Below are positions 1-14,069 of a DNA stretch of 64,000 nucleotides, one piece after another. This DNA comes from Hemiscyllium ocellatum. Lineage: Eukaryota. The DNA is taken from assembly GCF_020745735.1 (NCBI RefSeq), contig NC_083409.1, positions 9,103,534-9,167,533 of the forward strand, given 5' to 3'. A program made the translations under genes and the position numbers. A model generated the notes under the pieces. It worked only from the letters and a program-made list of their open reading frames with translations. It searched no databases and had not been told where the DNA came from. Each line of letters begins with the position of its first letter. Position 1 is the first letter of the stretch.

Positions 1-495
1 AAGTCCGTGCTGGGTTTTATATCAATGTTTTTGACCTGAATGAAGAAAGGTTGGTAAGTAAGTTCACAGATGAGACAAACATTAATAGGTGTTGGATAGT
101 GAGAAGGATAGCTTTAGATTGCAGGAAGATAGAGATGGGCTGATCAGTGGTAAAAGGAATTCAATCCGGATAAATGAGGCATGTACTTGGGCAGGACAAA
201 CAAGGCAAGGGAATACAAGATGGAGAGTGTGCACAAGTCCCTTCAGGACAGGCAGATAAAGTAGACAACAAGGAATAGGGATACTTACTTTTTCTAGCCA
301 AGGTACAGAGTTTTAAGAACAGGGAGGTTATGCTGGATCTGTATAAAATACTGATTAGGCCACAGCTTGAGTATTGTGTGCAATCCAGGGAATCCACATT
401 ACGGGGTGGGGGGGAGGGGTTGGTTGGGGGAGGGGGGATGTGATAGCCGTGGAGAGGCTGCAGAGGAGATTTACCAGGATTGTGCCTGGGCTAGA
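1..495 (+). mobile_element. CR1/HER1 LINE RT 3' fragment, decayed
   Basis: Broken frames with LIRPQLEYCV and ERLQRRFTRIVPGL motifs. Confidence 0.85.
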
Positions 496-2074
496 GACTT
501 TACGTTTCTCGGGTCATAGAGTCATACAGCACGGAAGCAGACCCTTCAATCTAACCAGTCCACACCAACCATGTTCCCAAACTGAACACTAGTCCCACCG
601 CCGTGCCATTGATCCTTATATCTCCAAACATGGCTTATTCATGTACCTATGCAAATATGTTTTAAATGTTAGAAATATACCTGCATTCACCAGCTCCTCT
701 GGAAGCTAATTCAACTCAGGAACCACTCCCTGAGTAAACAATTGCCTCTCATGTCTTTTTCAAACCTTTCTCCTCTCAAGTTAAAGATATGTCCTGAGTC
801 ACCTGCTGTTAACCCTATCTACATCCCTCCTGATTTTATAAACATCTATGCTATGGGCCAAGCACTGGGAAATGGAATTAGAATAGGCAGGTGTTGGTTT
901 TAACCGGTGTAGAATGGCCCGAAGGGTCGTTTGCTGTGCTGTAGATCTCCACAACTCTCTCTGTCATGCAGCCACACTGCTGTACCATCTCTGTTTCCTG
1001 CCTTTCACCATCTCTGTAAACCTTTCCACCTGTCCATCTGCATCAGTGACAGAGCCTCCTTTGCTTTCTGTCTGTCTGTCTGTCTCTACATCTGTCCTTC
1101 TGAATTTATGTCTCTCTATTTATCACTACCCAGCTCTCCTTTTGTACACTTTCCTTTCTTTTTCTCCGTCTCTTTCTCTCTCTCTCTCTCTGCATGTGTC
1201 TCCCCATCTCATCCCTTTACCCCACCCCACTTTCTCTTTTCTGTCACTCTCCATCCCTCTCTCTCTCTCCATGTTTTGCTTCCTCTCGGATGAAAATGTA
1301 AAGGTATTAATTAGGAACCAGAGAAGACCACTGAGCCCGACATACTGTTCCACCAGACAATAAATTGGTGGCTGATATGATTGCAACCTCAAACCCACAG
1401 CCCTCTCTCACCTGATCACTTTTCACCCCTTTGTTTGACAACAATCGACTGTAAAAATGGCCAACATTCTTCTTCATGAAAAGGTGCTGGAAGAATAATT
1501 CCACATTCCCACAATTCTTTGAGAGAAATTCATTTACTTCATTTCTGTTGACAATAGGCCCCTCTTGGTACTAGCCCAGTTCTAGAATCTTCCAGAGGGG
1601 AAAATGTCCTCTCCACATGCACAACATCTCGACCTCTCAGTATGTTTTAAATTTCAATCAAGTCACCTCTTGCTCTTTGAAATTCTAACGGATAAAATCC
1701 CAGTCTGTCTGATGTTTCCACATCCATTCCAAGGATTAGTTTGGTAAATCTCCTCCAAACTGTTCCCAACACATTTGCATCCTTCCTGAAATAAGGACTC
1801 CAAGGCTGTGCACAGTCCTCCAGATGTTGGCTCATTAGTGTCCTGTAGAACTGAACTAGAACTGCCCACCATTGATTGTATTCAATTTCCCACGTGATAA
1901 ATGAAAACATTCTCTGAACTTCGCTGATGACCTGCAGTGCCTGTTTATGACTGTTTTGTGATTCATGCACTGAGATACCCAAATTCCTCCGGATCTCAGA
2001 GCTCTGCAATCTTTCTCCATTTCGATTTTACGCTTCTTTTTCATCCTTGCTGAAAAATGGACAACTTCATATTT

Positions 2075-2350
2075 TAGTCGAGAATGTAGTGCTAGAAAAG
2101 CACAACAGGTCAGGCAGCATCGAAGGAGCAGAAAAATCAATGCTTAGGGTATAAGCCCTTTATTAAGAATCAACCCTCATTTCTGATGATGGGCTTAATC
2201 CCAAACATCGATTGCCTCATTCCTGATAAAGGACTTATTCCTAAAACATTGATTCTCCTGCTCTTGGGAAGCTGCCTAACCTGCTGTGCCTTTTCCAACA
2301 CCACACTCTAGTTTCTGATCTCCAGCATCTGCAGTCCTCACTTTCTCCTA
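2075..2350. repeat. Palindromic short interspersed repeat with degenerate hammerhead-like cores
   Basis: Arm gtgctagaaaagcacaacaggtcaggcagcatcgaaggagcagaaaaatcaatg and arm cattgattctcctgctcttgggaagctgcctaacctgctgtgccttttccaacac are inverted. Internal ctgatgatgggc/ctgataaaggac motifs; same family as about 32855-32950. Confidence 0.7.
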
Positions 2351-3037
2351 ATTTCACATTTTACCAAATTATTCTCCATTTGTCATGTCTTTGTCCACTC
2401 ATTTAACCTTTTTATAGCCTCCTTTAGACCGTAACACAACTTATTTTCCAAACAGTTTTTGTCTTGTCGACATCTTCCTTTCCCCGCTTTCATCCAAGTC
2501 GTTGATCGAAATTGGAAACAGGTGGGGGTCCAGCACTGATCCCTGTGACAAAACCATTCAGTATATTTTGACAAACAGAAAAAGACTCAATCCTTTCATT
2601 CTCCCACTCCAGCTATCTGGCTCTTTATCTCTCTCTCTCCATCTCTACCTTCCTCTCTACTTCTGATTCCTTCACCGTCTCGTTCACAATCTCAGTCTCA
2701 CTCAGTATCTCTCCCTCTCTTTCTCTAACTCTCTTTCTCTATGCTCCTAACTCTTTCACCCTCTCTCAGTTATTCCACAAAGTCCTCCCCATTCCTGTTT
2801 CTCTCGATTCTTGTCTCTCTGCCTGCTCACCTCTCTATCCCACCCTCCATCCCTCTGTCATTTTCTAACTGATCTCTATACCCAATGTTACTGCTGGACA
2901 TTGGAACACTGAGTCCTGGGGCAGCAGTTAAATGCCTTCTCTCTCTCCTTCCGTGTCACTCACAGTCTCCTGCTCACTCTCCCTCTCCAGCTCACTCTGT
3001 CTCTCCCTGTCCTTCTCCATTTACTCCCTTTTCCCAG

Positions 3038-3090
3038 GGGGGGATATTGTTAAATTCAGGGGAAGTCTCCCTCTGTTCTTCCTCACCAAT
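3038..3090 (+). other. Possible internal exon (53 nt)
   Basis: Very long pyrimidine tract ending cccttttcccag|, donor AAT|GTATGT, open frame (G)GDIVKFRGSLPLFFLTN. No homologue recognised. Confidence 0.3.
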
Positions 3091-4329
3091 GTATGTGAAT
3101 CCTTCACCAGTAAACACAAGCCTGCTTCCCACTGGACAGTTCAGTAACTGAGCTTCAAAACCCACATCCTCTCCATCATGTAGGCCTCTTATTCCCATCT
3201 CCACAACATTGTCCATCTCTGCACTATATCAGCCCCCAGACCACAGAGACCATTATACCTGCCCACCCCACCTCCTAACTCCATGATTCCGATGTTTCTC
3301 CAAGTTTCCTCCATCCACTCTCTATAAAGCCCAACTTGTCTGAAATGGAGTGTTTCCTTCCCTGTCTCAAATCAAATACCATTGCAGAATGATCTCTGAC
3401 CTAACTGCCTTCCTCCCCCGATCTCACAGACCCATCCCCTGACCTCATTGCCCTCCTCCCCATGACCTCACTGACCCCTCCCCCTGACCTCACTGCAGCC
3501 AATTGCCTCCATGGCCTCCCTCCTCCCTCACTCTATGTCCTGCTGCAGACTCACATTCCCTCCCTCCCCCTTCCATCTTCTGTCTCTGGTCTCCTGCCCC
3601 TTGCTGCTTCCTCCACCCACCATTGACAGTCGAGACTTCAGACCCCAACAGCATGCTCTCTAACCTCGCTCTCTGTTCCCTAACCATTGATTTGTTGAAT
3701 TACCCCTCATCAGTAAATCTGGTCTGGCCTGTTCCCTGAGTTGGTTCAAGAGCGTTTTGCTTGAGAAAACACTCTTCTGTAAACTGCGTTGTTTGTTTCT
3801 CCTATTCTTTACACAAGCTCTTACACAGCACAGAGAGAGGTCACTGGGCCGATTGAGAAACTGTCAGTCAAATTAGCCCAATTAGTCCCATTTTCCCAGC
3901 CCTTCCTGTATAACCCTGCAATTATTTCCTTTTCAGCTATTTCTCCAAATGCCCTTTTGAAAGTTGCTACTAAATCCACTTGCACTCACCTTGCACACAG
4001 TCATCATGAAGTCACTGGATAAAAATGTTCCATCTCCTCGCTTGTCCTTGAGACCCTTTCTGAAATGTGTGCCCTCTGGTTACTGACCCTCCTGCCTGGA
4101 GAAATAATTTGTCCTTTATTTACTGCATTCAAACTCTCTAATTGTGAACTCTTCATTGAGTCCGACCTATTTCCAGCACAGGGGGAGAACATTCAGCCTG
4201 TCAGGTAAATTCTGTCATTTCATGGAGCAATCCAGTCAGTCCCACCCCCTCCCCTACTCGACCCCCAGAGCCTTGCAGGTTTATGTCCATCAAGAGCCCA
4301 TCCAATCTGCCATTGCAATAACCGTGTGT

Positions 4330-4960
4330 CTTCACCTGCCTCACCTGAATAGGCACTAATTTCCAAGATAATACCAATTGCTGCTAAAAACAAAGTTCTT
4401 CCTGCTGTCCCATATCTCTTGCCCAACAAAATGTCAGGTATTCTCAATGTGAAGATGGGATTTTGTCTCCACACGGACTGTGCGGTGGTCACTCTTACTG
4501 ATACTGTCATGGACAGATACACCAGTAGCAGGCAGGTTGCTGAGGGTGATAGTGAGCATGTGTTTCCCTCTTGTTGGTTCCCTCACCACCTGCCCCAGGT
4601 CCAGTCTAGCAGCTGAATTAGGTGGAACATGACCACCTTTTCAGTAGTGATGCTCCTGAGCAGTTCTTGATGGTGGAGATTGAAGTCACTTCCTCAGAGT
4701 ATATCCTGCATCCTTCCCACCCTCAGTGCTCCCTCCAAGTGTTGTTCAACATGGAGGAGGACTGACTGCTCAGTTGAGGTTAGAGGGGAAGGTGGTGCTA
4801 TGTGGTAATCAGCAGGAGGTTTCGTTCCCCAGGTTTGACCTGCTGTCATGAGATTCCATGAGATCCATATTTCATGGTGAGTACTCCTAGGGCAACTCCC
4901 TTCTGACTGTACACACCACTGTGGTGTCTCCCCTGCTTGGTCTATCCTGCCAGTTTAAAA
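4330..4960 (-). mobile_element. Fragment of a second LINE family (APE endonuclease region)
   Basis: Same family and same orientation as about 31480-32300 (ttctcaatgtgaag...ggtcactcttac...atactgtc); endonuclease-like remnants on the - strand. Confidence 0.65.
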
Positions 4961-4986
4961 TTGAACGAGGGAACAATTCTGTGCAG

Positions 4987-5041
4987 GTTTCACAGCTTGA
5001 CAGAGCTGCTGCTGGATTCTGTTTCTGATCTCCGAGTGCAG
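4987..5041 (+). other. Possible exon (55 nt)
   Basis: Consensus donor CAG|GTGAGT at 5042 and a weaker acceptor ttctgtgcag|. The only open frame is FHSLTELLLDSVSDLRVQ. It could instead be a non-coding first exon. Confidence 0.35.
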
Positions 5042-5124
5042 GTGAGTGTGTTAGTGAAAGAGTGACTGACACTATCTCCGTCACTGTGCTGTTTCTGCAA
5101 AAGATAAATCCCAGAAACAGCCCC

Positions 5125-5385
5125 CTGTGCTGTCAGATTCCAGGGAGTGCAGGCAGTTCACAGTTTCCTCCCGTCTCAGTAACAAACACCCAGCTGCTCC
5201 GAGCTCCTTCTTTCACTTCCTCTCTTGGTGAAGTTTCAACCTTGCGATCTGACAGTCCTTGCAGTTATTTTTTACACTGGGGCTTTCTGCTGTGGTCAGA
5301 ATCTCTAATAATAAGTGTCCAATCAGTGACATTCACAGCAGCCAAGAGCAGTTAGGACTGAGGAGTCAGGCTCACTGTGAAACAT
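5125..5385. promoter_or_regulatory. Candidate lymphoid enhancer module, copy 1
   Basis: CAGCTG 5191-5196, TTTCACTTCCTC 5211-5222 (EICE on the - strand), GGGGCTTTCT 5279-5288, TGTGGT 5291-5296 and CCAAT 5319-5323. About 90% identical (hand count) to the reverse complement of 29705-29965. Confidence 0.5.
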
Positions 5386-6025
5386 ATTTGGAAGATCAAA
5401 ACTATCCTTTTCAGCTCCTGGTAGAAACTCCATCCATCTCCCTGAGCATTGTCTGCTGCTCAAACAGACTCTTTCCACCCTTTGATGCATCTTTGAGGCT
5501 GATTTGAGCCCCACATCCTCCATAACAACCACTGAAAATCTCAGCTATGTCTATGGGACTCCAAACATGCCCATTCCAATGTTGAGGCTGACACACATCA
5601 CAACCATAGCCGTCCGTAACCTTCAGCTCATCCCAAATTCTGTTGCCCATATCCAAGCTTGCACCAAGTCGCATTCCCCCAACCCTCTGCACCCCGTGCC
5701 TACCTTGGCTTCTGGTCCAGCAACACCTCGAGTTTCAAATTCTTATCTTTGTTCTCAAATCCGTCCCTGGCCTCCACCCTTCCTATCTCTGTCACCAGCT
5801 CCATGTCGTCTCACTCATTGTAATCAACCATCTTGGATAATTGGTTCTCTATTCCTTCATCCAAGTCATTGAGAAATATAATGAAATGCTGAGGTCCCAG
5901 CACAGATTCCTGGGGACACCACTACTCACACCTTGCTCATTAGATAGCATACACAGAGAGCACACACCTCTCTGTCACCGATATCCAAACTAATTCCTGA
6001 CCAAAGACAAATACTTTTCTCGAAT
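5125..6025 (+). repeat. Inverted duplication block 1 (pairs with about 29040-29965)
   Basis: Unique module, L2 3' fragment (LQLIPNS motif) and CR1 fragment occur in the same order with the same junctions on opposite strands. Confidence 0.85.
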
Positions 6026-6029
6026 TGGC

Positions 6030-7050
6030 TTGATTGTAGGAAGCAGACAGTAATAGTGGAAGGATGCTTGTCAGACTTGAGACCTGAGATTTGTGGATGT
6101 TTGTTATCTAAATCTGTAACTTCGATGAGAATCTGCAAGGGATGATTAGTAAGTTTACAGATGATATTACATTAGGCGGTATTGTGGAAGTTATCAGCTA
6201 TTACAACAGGACCTTGATCAGCTGTGGAAGTGGGAAGAGATATGACAAAGTAAATTTAATGTTTATAAGTGTGAGGCCTTGTATTTTAGAAAGTTAAATC
6301 AAGATAGGAGTTTCATCGTGAATGGTAGGACTTTAAGGAGGGTAGTGGAACAGAGGGACCTTGGAGTTCACTGAAAGTTGAGACACGGTTAGACAGAACA
6401 GTGAAGAAGGTTTTTGGCACATTGGGCTTCATCAGTCAGGGCACTGGGTACAGAAGTTGGGAAGTTATGTTACAGTTGTACAGAATGTTGGTGAGGCTGC
6501 ACTTAGAGTATTGTGTTTAGTTTTGGTCACCTTTTTAAAGGAAGGATATTACTAAACTGGAAAGAATGCAGAAGAACATTACAAGGATGATGACTGTACT
6601 CAATTATCTGAGTTATAGGAAGAGGTTTGTCAAACTGGGACTTTTGTCTTCGAGTGTGGGAGACTGAGAGAGGATCTTACAGAAATGCATAAAATCACGA
6701 GAGACATGGATAGGCTGAATGGACTCAGTCTTTTTCTCAAGGTTGGGGAATCGAGCACGAGAGGGTATCAGTTTAAGGTTAGAGGGGAGAGAATAAATGG
6801 AACCTGAGGGGCAACATTGTTACACAGAGGGTGGTACGCATATGTAATGAGCTGCCAATGGATGTGATTGAGGTGGGTACATTAACACATTTATAAAGCA
6901 TTTGGACAAATACATCGATAGGAAACCGCGTGAAGGATATGGGCCAAATGCAGGGAAATGGGTTTAGTGTGGATGGACATTTTGGTTAGCATGATCCAGC
7001 TTGGGCCAAAAGGCCTGTCTCTGTGCTGTAGGATTCGATGACTCTATTAC
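6030..7050 (+). mobile_element. CR1/HER1 LINE 3' fragment, decayed
   Basis: ISKFTDD, LVRLHLEYCV and CR1 3' tail motifs, with many stops. Confidence 0.85.
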
Positions 7051-7089
7051 TCTATAATTCCATATGTTTCCATGTTTATGGACAGTCTC

Positions 7090-10000
7090 TCAAACATAGA
7101 AACAAAGGAACTAGGAGGAGAAGTAGGCTATTCAGCCCTTCGAATCATCTCTTCCATTCAATATGACCATGGCTGATCATCCAACTTAGTCCCTGGTTCC
7201 CACATTCTCCCCATAGCCTTTAATCACTTTAGTCCAAAGAACTATACCTACCCTCGTCTTGAAAACATTTCATGTTTTGGGCTCAAGTGCTTCTTGTGAC
7301 AGAATATCCCACCGGCTTCCCACTCTCTGGCTAAAGAAATGTCTCCGCATCTCAGTCTGAAATAGCCTTTCTCTTTTCTTTAAACTGTAATTCCTGGTTC
7401 TGGATTCCCCAGTCACCAGGAACATCTTTCCTATGATTTTTCCGGTATTGTCTTGTGCACATTTTACAGGTTTCAATGTGATTCCTCTTAATCTTCTAAC
7501 TTCCAGTGAATATAGTCCTAACTGATCCAATTTCTCATCAGATCTAAGTGCTGTCACCCCAGGAATCAGTCTGGTAAACCTTCGCTGCCCTCCCTCCACA
7601 GCCGGAACATCCTTCCTCAGATAAGGCAACCAAAACTGCACACAATACAATCATAAAATCACACAGTACAGAAAAAGTCCTTTAACTGCGTACCAGCCAA
7701 ACTACACCAAACCTACACCAATCCCTCTTTCCAACATGAGGTCCACTGCTTGAATGTTATGACATTTGAACATCTCACCCAATTACTTTTTACTGTCAGG
7801 TTTCCCACCTCAATTAACCTCACAGGCCGTGCATTCCAGACCACCCCACCCTCTCTCTGGGTTAAAAACATTTTCGTCAAATCATCTTGAAATCTCCAAT
7901 ATTTCACATTGAATGTGAGCCAACTTGTTATTGACCCTCCCACAAAGGAGAACAGCTGCTTTCTTTCCACCCTGACCATACCCCTCATAACCTTATACAC
8001 CTCTATCAGGTCCCTCCACCACCTTCTTTGCTCTGAAGAAAACAACCCGAGCTGATCCAATTTCTCTTCATCACTGAGAGGTTCCATCCCACACAATATC
8101 CTGATGATTCTCCTCTGCACCCCATCCAATGCAATCACATCCTTCCTACAGTGTGGTGACCTGAACTGCACACAGTACTCCATCTGTGGCCTAACCAATG
8201 TTCTGCTTAACTGCAACATCTCCTCCTGCTTTTATAAACAACACCCGACATGATAAAGGCAGGTGTCCCATCTGCCTCCATAACTGCTCTGTTAGCCTGT
8301 TTTGCCACATTCAGGGATCAGTGGACAGGCATCCAAAGATCACGCTGTTCCTCTGAGCTTCCTCAGTTCAAAGAACAAAGAACAAAGAAAATCACATCAC
8401 AGGAACTGGCCCTTTGGCCCTCCAAACCTGCACCAATCCAGAACCTCTATCTAAACCTGTTGCCTATTTTCTCAGAAACTGTATCCCTTTGCTCCCTGCC
8501 CACTCATGTATCTGTCTAGATACATCTTAAATTAGGATATCGTGCCCGCCTCTACTACCTGCGCTGGCAACACGTTCAGGCACCCATCACCCTCTGCATA
8601 AAGAACTTTTCCTCTCACCTTGAACTCATGACCTCAAGTAAATGAGTCTCCCACTTTGTGAAAACGCTTCTTGCTGTCCATTCTCCTGATTTTGTAGATT
8701 TCAAAAGGTCTCCCCTCAACCTTCATCTTTCGAATGATAGTACATGTAATCATAATTTACTCAAACTCTCTTTATATTTAGCACACTCCATACCAGGCAA
8801 CGTCTTGGTAAATCTCCTCTGCAACCTCTCCAAGTCATCCACATCCTTCTGGTAATGTGGCGACCAGAACTGTACACAATATTCTAAATTTCACCAAACC
8901 AAAGTCCGATACAACTGTTACATGACCTGTCAACTTTTGAACTGAATGGCACTTCCAATGAAGGAAAGCATGCAATATGCCTTCTTGACCATTCTAGGGG
9001 GTTGGGGGAATGGGACTTGGTGCAAGCTTGGATATGCTCCAGAATTGGATCTTCCAAACTTCATCACCTCACATTTGCCTGGAGTGAATTCCATCTGTCA
9101 TTTCTCTGCCCAACTCTCCAATCAATCTATGTCCTGTTGCATTCACTGACAGTCCCCTTTGCTATCTGCTACTCCACCAATCTCAGTGTAATCTGCAAAC
9201 TTATTAATCAGACCATCCATACCTTCCTTCAGATCATTTATATATATCACGAACAAAAGTAGTCCCAGCACTGTTGAACACCACTGGTCACAGTTCTCCA
9301 TTTTGAGAAACTCCCTTCAACTATTACTGTCTGTCTCTTGTTTTCCTGCCTGTTCTCTAACCATCTAGTTAGTACACCCTGAACACCATGTTTTCTCCAT
9401 CAACCTGCTATGGGGAACGTTATCAAACATCTTACTGAAGTCCATGTATATGTCATCTACAGCCTTTCCCTCATCAATCAACTTTGACACTTCTTCAAAA
9501 ATTCTCTTAAGTTAGTAAGACATGACATTCCCTACACAAACTGATGCTGCCTATCACTGATAAGTCAATTTTCTTCCAAATGTAACTAGATTCTATCCTT
9601 CAATATCATCTACAGTAGCTTCTCTAACACTGATGTCATACTCACCGGTTTATAATTACCTGGATTATCCTTGCTATCCTTCTTGAACAAGGGGACAACA
9701 TTAACATTTCTCCAATCATCTGGGACCTCACCCGTGTTCAAGGTTGCTACAAGGATATCTGTTAAGGCCCCTGCTATTTCCTCCCTCCTTTCCCTCAGTA
9801 ACTGGGATAGATCCCATCCGGACATGGAGACTTGTCCAACCTAATGCCTTTTAGGATATCCAACACTTCCTCCCTCCTTATGCTGACTTGACCTAGAGTA
9901 ATCAAACATCTATCCCTCACCTCAACATCTGTCATTTCCGTCTCCTTGGTGAACACCGACACAAGGTACTCATTAAGAATCTCCACGCATTTTCTCTGAC

Positions 10001-13000
10001 GCCTTACACATCTTTCCTCATTTGTCCTTGAGTGGGCCAACCGTTTCTCTCGTCACCCTCTTGCTCCTTATATATGAATAACAAGATTTTCCTTAACCCT
10101 GTTTGCTCACGATATTTCAGGAGCCCTTATAGAACTTTTAATTCCTCATTTCAGTTTGGTCCTACTTTCCCAATATTCTTCAAAAGCTTTGTCTGTTTTC
10201 AGTCACATAGACCTTATGCATGCATCCTTTTACTTCTTAGCCAGTCTCACAATTTCACCTGTTATCCAGGGTTCTGAAATCGTGCCATTTCTAGCCTTCA
10301 CTTTCACAGGGACATGTCGATCCTGCACTCTAATAACCTCTCTTTAAAAGCCTCCCACATATCAAATGTGGATTTACCCTGAAACAGCTGCTCCCAATCC
10401 ACAGTCACCAGCTCCTGCTGAATTTTGCTATAGTTGGCCTTCCCCCAGTTTAGCCCTCTTCCTTTAGGACCACTCTCATCTTTGTCCATGAGCATTCTAA
10501 AACTTATGGAAAACTATTCCCAAAGTTATCCCTGACTGAGGTTTCAACCACCTGTCCGGGCTCAGGCGACGCCTGATCAATCATGCAGGAGCGTCGCTCC
10601 GAAAGCTAGTGTGCTTCCAATTAAATCTGTTGGACTATAACCTGGTGTTGTGTGATTTTCAACCTCATTCAGCACAGCTGTGATATCCTCACTGACCAGT
10701 AACACAACTCTTCCACCCCTTTTATCTCCCTTTCTATCCCAACTGAAACATCTGTATCCTGGGATATTTAGTTGTTGATCTTGCCCTTACATCAACCAAG
10801 CCTCAGTAATAGCAATAATATTATAATCCCAGATCCTAATCCAAGCCTTAAATTCCTCTGCCTTACCTACTACACTTCCCACATTAAAACAAATGCACCT
10901 CAGATCATCTGTCCCTTTGCATTCTTTATCTGCTCCCTGCCAACTCTTCCTCTTAGTCACGCTGACTTCATTATCTAATTAGATTAGATTAGATTAGACT
11001 TACAGTGTGGAAACAGGCCCTTCGGCCCAACAAGTCCACACCGACCCGCTGAAGCGAAACCCACCCATACCCCTACAATTACCCCTTACCTAACACTACG
11101 GGCAATTTAGCATGGCCAATTCACCTGACCCGCACATCTTTGGACTGTGGGAGGAAACCGGAGCACCCGGGGGAAACCCACGCTGAGACGGGGAGAATGT
11201 GCAAACTCCACACAGTCAGTCGCCTGAGCCGGGAATTGAACCCAGGTCTCAGGCGCTGTGAGGCAGCAGTGCTAACCACTGTGCCACCGTGCCGCCCATA
11301 ATCACTGTGCCACCATGCCGCCCATTAATTCCTTCCAGGCTTTAGTTACTATCTCCTTATTGTCTACTCAGCTCATAATTTTATTCCCATTCCCATTCCA
11401 TATTAGTTTAAACCCTCCCCAACAGCATGAGCAACAGCATCCACGAAGACATTGGCTCCAGTCCTGCCCAGGTGTTGACCCTCCAATTTGTAATAGTCCC
11501 ACTTCCCCCAGAACTGGTTCCAATGTCCCTAAAATCTGAAGCCCTCCCTACAGGACCATCTCTCAAGCCACTCAGTAATCATGCCTATTCTTCCATTTCG
11601 ACTCTGACTAACACGTGGCACAGGTATCAATTCTGAGATAACTTCCTCTGAGGGTGTACTTTTAACTTGACACCAAATAACCGAAATTCTGCTTTTCGGA
11701 CCCCATCCCACTTATTACCAAATCATTGCTGCCTGAATGCACCACGGCAGCTGGCTGTTCACCGTCCCCCTTCAGAATGTCCTGCAGCCAATCAGAGTCA
11801 TCCCTGACACGTGCACCTGGGAGGCAACATACCAGATGCAAGTCTCATTTTCAACCACACAAACACCTGTGTACTCCCCTTACAATTGAATCCCTGATGA
11901 CTATGGCTCCTTCCACTCTTTTTCCCACCTTTCTGTGCAGCAGAGCCAGCTACGGTGTCATCAACTTGGCTCCTGCTGCCTTCCCCTGGTGAGCCATCTC
12001 TCCCAACAGTATCCAAAACGGTGGATCTGTTTTGGAGGAAGGTGACTGCAGGGGACAGTCAGTTGTGATATATAGAAACAATGTAGATGATAATGTGATG
12101 GGGGATGAGAAGTAAGTTTGAAGATAACATGAAGATTGGCTCAGCAGAAGATGGAGGTCGTAGGAAGATGTGACCGGATTGGTCAAACAGACAGACCAGT
12201 GACCAATGGAATTTGATCCTGATAAATATGAGGTGATGCCTTCATTGCCTTCCTGCTCTTCCTCTGCCTTTTGGTCATCCATTCCCTTCCTTCCTCAGCA
12301 ATCCTAATCTGAGGTGAGACTAATTTACTAAACGTGCTATCCATGACCTCCTTAGCATCGTGGATGCTCCAAAGTGAGTCTATCCACAGCTCCAGAGCCA
12401 TCATGCATCTAAGAGGAGCTGCAGCTGGCCACACCTCCTGCACGTGAAGGACTCAGGGACATCAGCCATGTTCTTGAGCTCCCACATTGAGCAAGAGGAG
12501 CATAACACGAGTCTGACATCTCCTGCCATTTTTACTCTTAAGTTTAACTTAGTCCAACTAGTCCTATTTATTGAGTCCTTTGTCCAAAGTGCATCAACTC
12601 ACATTTATCAGGGATAAATTTCATCTGCCTCTGATCTGTCCGTCTGACCAATCCAGTTACATCCTCCTGCAACATCATTCTTTCACAGAGCCAATCTTCA
12701 TGTTATCTTCAAACTTACTTCTCATCCCCCTTCACATTATCATTGACATTGTTTCTATATATCACAACTGAAAAGAGACCCAGCAGTGATCCCTGTGATA
12801 TTCCACTGCACACTGGGCTCCAGTTACACAAACAGCTTTCTGCCTCACCCGCGTTTCATGTCACTGAGCCAGTTTGGGATTAAATACTCCAGGTGTGATC
12901 TCACCAAGGCTCTGTACAATTGCAGCAAGGCACTCCTGCTCCTGTACTCGAATCCTCTCACTCTGAAGGCCAACATGCCACATACCTTCTTCACTGCCTG

Positions 13001-13600
13001 CTGCTCCTGCACACTGACTTTCAGCGGCCTATGTACAAGGACACCCAGCTCTATTTGCACTTCCCCATTCCCTACCTTACCATTTTTCTACCAAACTGTG
13101 TAACCTCACATTTATCCAGATTATATTTCATCTGCGACTAACTCAACTTCTCCAAATCACCCTGAGGCATCTCTGCCTTATACTTACAGCTCACCCTTCC
13201 ACCCAAATTTGTGACATTTATACACTTGGTGATATCTTAGTTAAGTTTCCCCTTATAAAGTAGTGAGATGTGTATTTGTGAATAGCTGGGATCCAGGTCT
13301 ATGATACCCCATTAGTAACTTTCTGTCTATCTGAAAACTGATTATTTATTTCGACTCCTTATTTCCTGTCTGATAACAAGTTCTCTCTCCATGTCAATAT
13401 GCTACTCCCACTCACATGAGTCTTAATTTTACACACTAATATCTTAACTTGGACTTATTAAAACCCTTCTGAAAGACCAAATAAACCACATCCGTTGGCT
13501 CTCCATTCTTAAGCCACTCGCTACATCCTCGAACAATTCCAGTCGACTTGTTAATCACGATTACCCTTTCGACAATCCATCATGACTCTGTCACTGTTTT
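7090..13600 (-). mobile_element. Nested CR1/HER1 LINE fragments (RT, endonuclease, ORF1 remnants)
   Basis: ORF track shows YCVQFW...RRFTRLI, WRNVNVVPLFKKDSKDNPGNYKPVS and LNWGKANY motifs; interrupted by SINE and hammerhead-bearing repeats. Confidence 0.85.
10979..11297 (-). mobile_element. HE1-type tRNA-derived SINE, near full length
   Basis: On the - strand: tRNA-like head (ggcggcacggtggcacagtggttagcactgct...gggttcaattccc), conserved body and (TCTAA)n tail. Confidence 0.88.
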
Positions 13601-14069
13601 CTTAGAGCTGAGCTATAAAGCCGGACATCAGCAGTCGAGAAAATGTTCAAGTTCATTATAAAATGATTTCTGATTAATTTGTCTAAAATTTTCTATTTTC
13701 TATCTCTCTCTCTCTCTTTCTGTTTTTCAATAGACATTTTAAAGCAGCTGCACTCCACTCTGTATGACCTATTCCCCAGTCAACAAACAGATAACCATCA
13801 ATGCTTCCAATATTTTATGACCATATCCTGAAGTACTCTGGAAAATAGATTATTTGGCCCTGCTTATTTAACAAACTTTAATTTTCCAGGAACCATTTCC
13901 CTCCAAAAACTGATTTCCTTCAGTCCCTTGCTCTGACAAAATCTTGGGTTCTCCAAAATTTTTGAGGGATATTTGAGAATTCGTTTGTGCAAAACGGTAC
14001 AGAATACGTTTATAATCGGTCTGTCATCTCTTTGTTTCAATTAGAACATTATAACACTTGTGTGGAACT

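Noticed and set aside
914-1398. ORFs of 90-149 aa over CT/GA-rich sequence
   Set aside because: Low-complexity microsatellite translations.
1766-1780. Canonical octamer ATTTGCAT (also near 31355 and 53102)
   Set aside because: The first two copies lie inside LINE debris, and all three are far from any V promoter.
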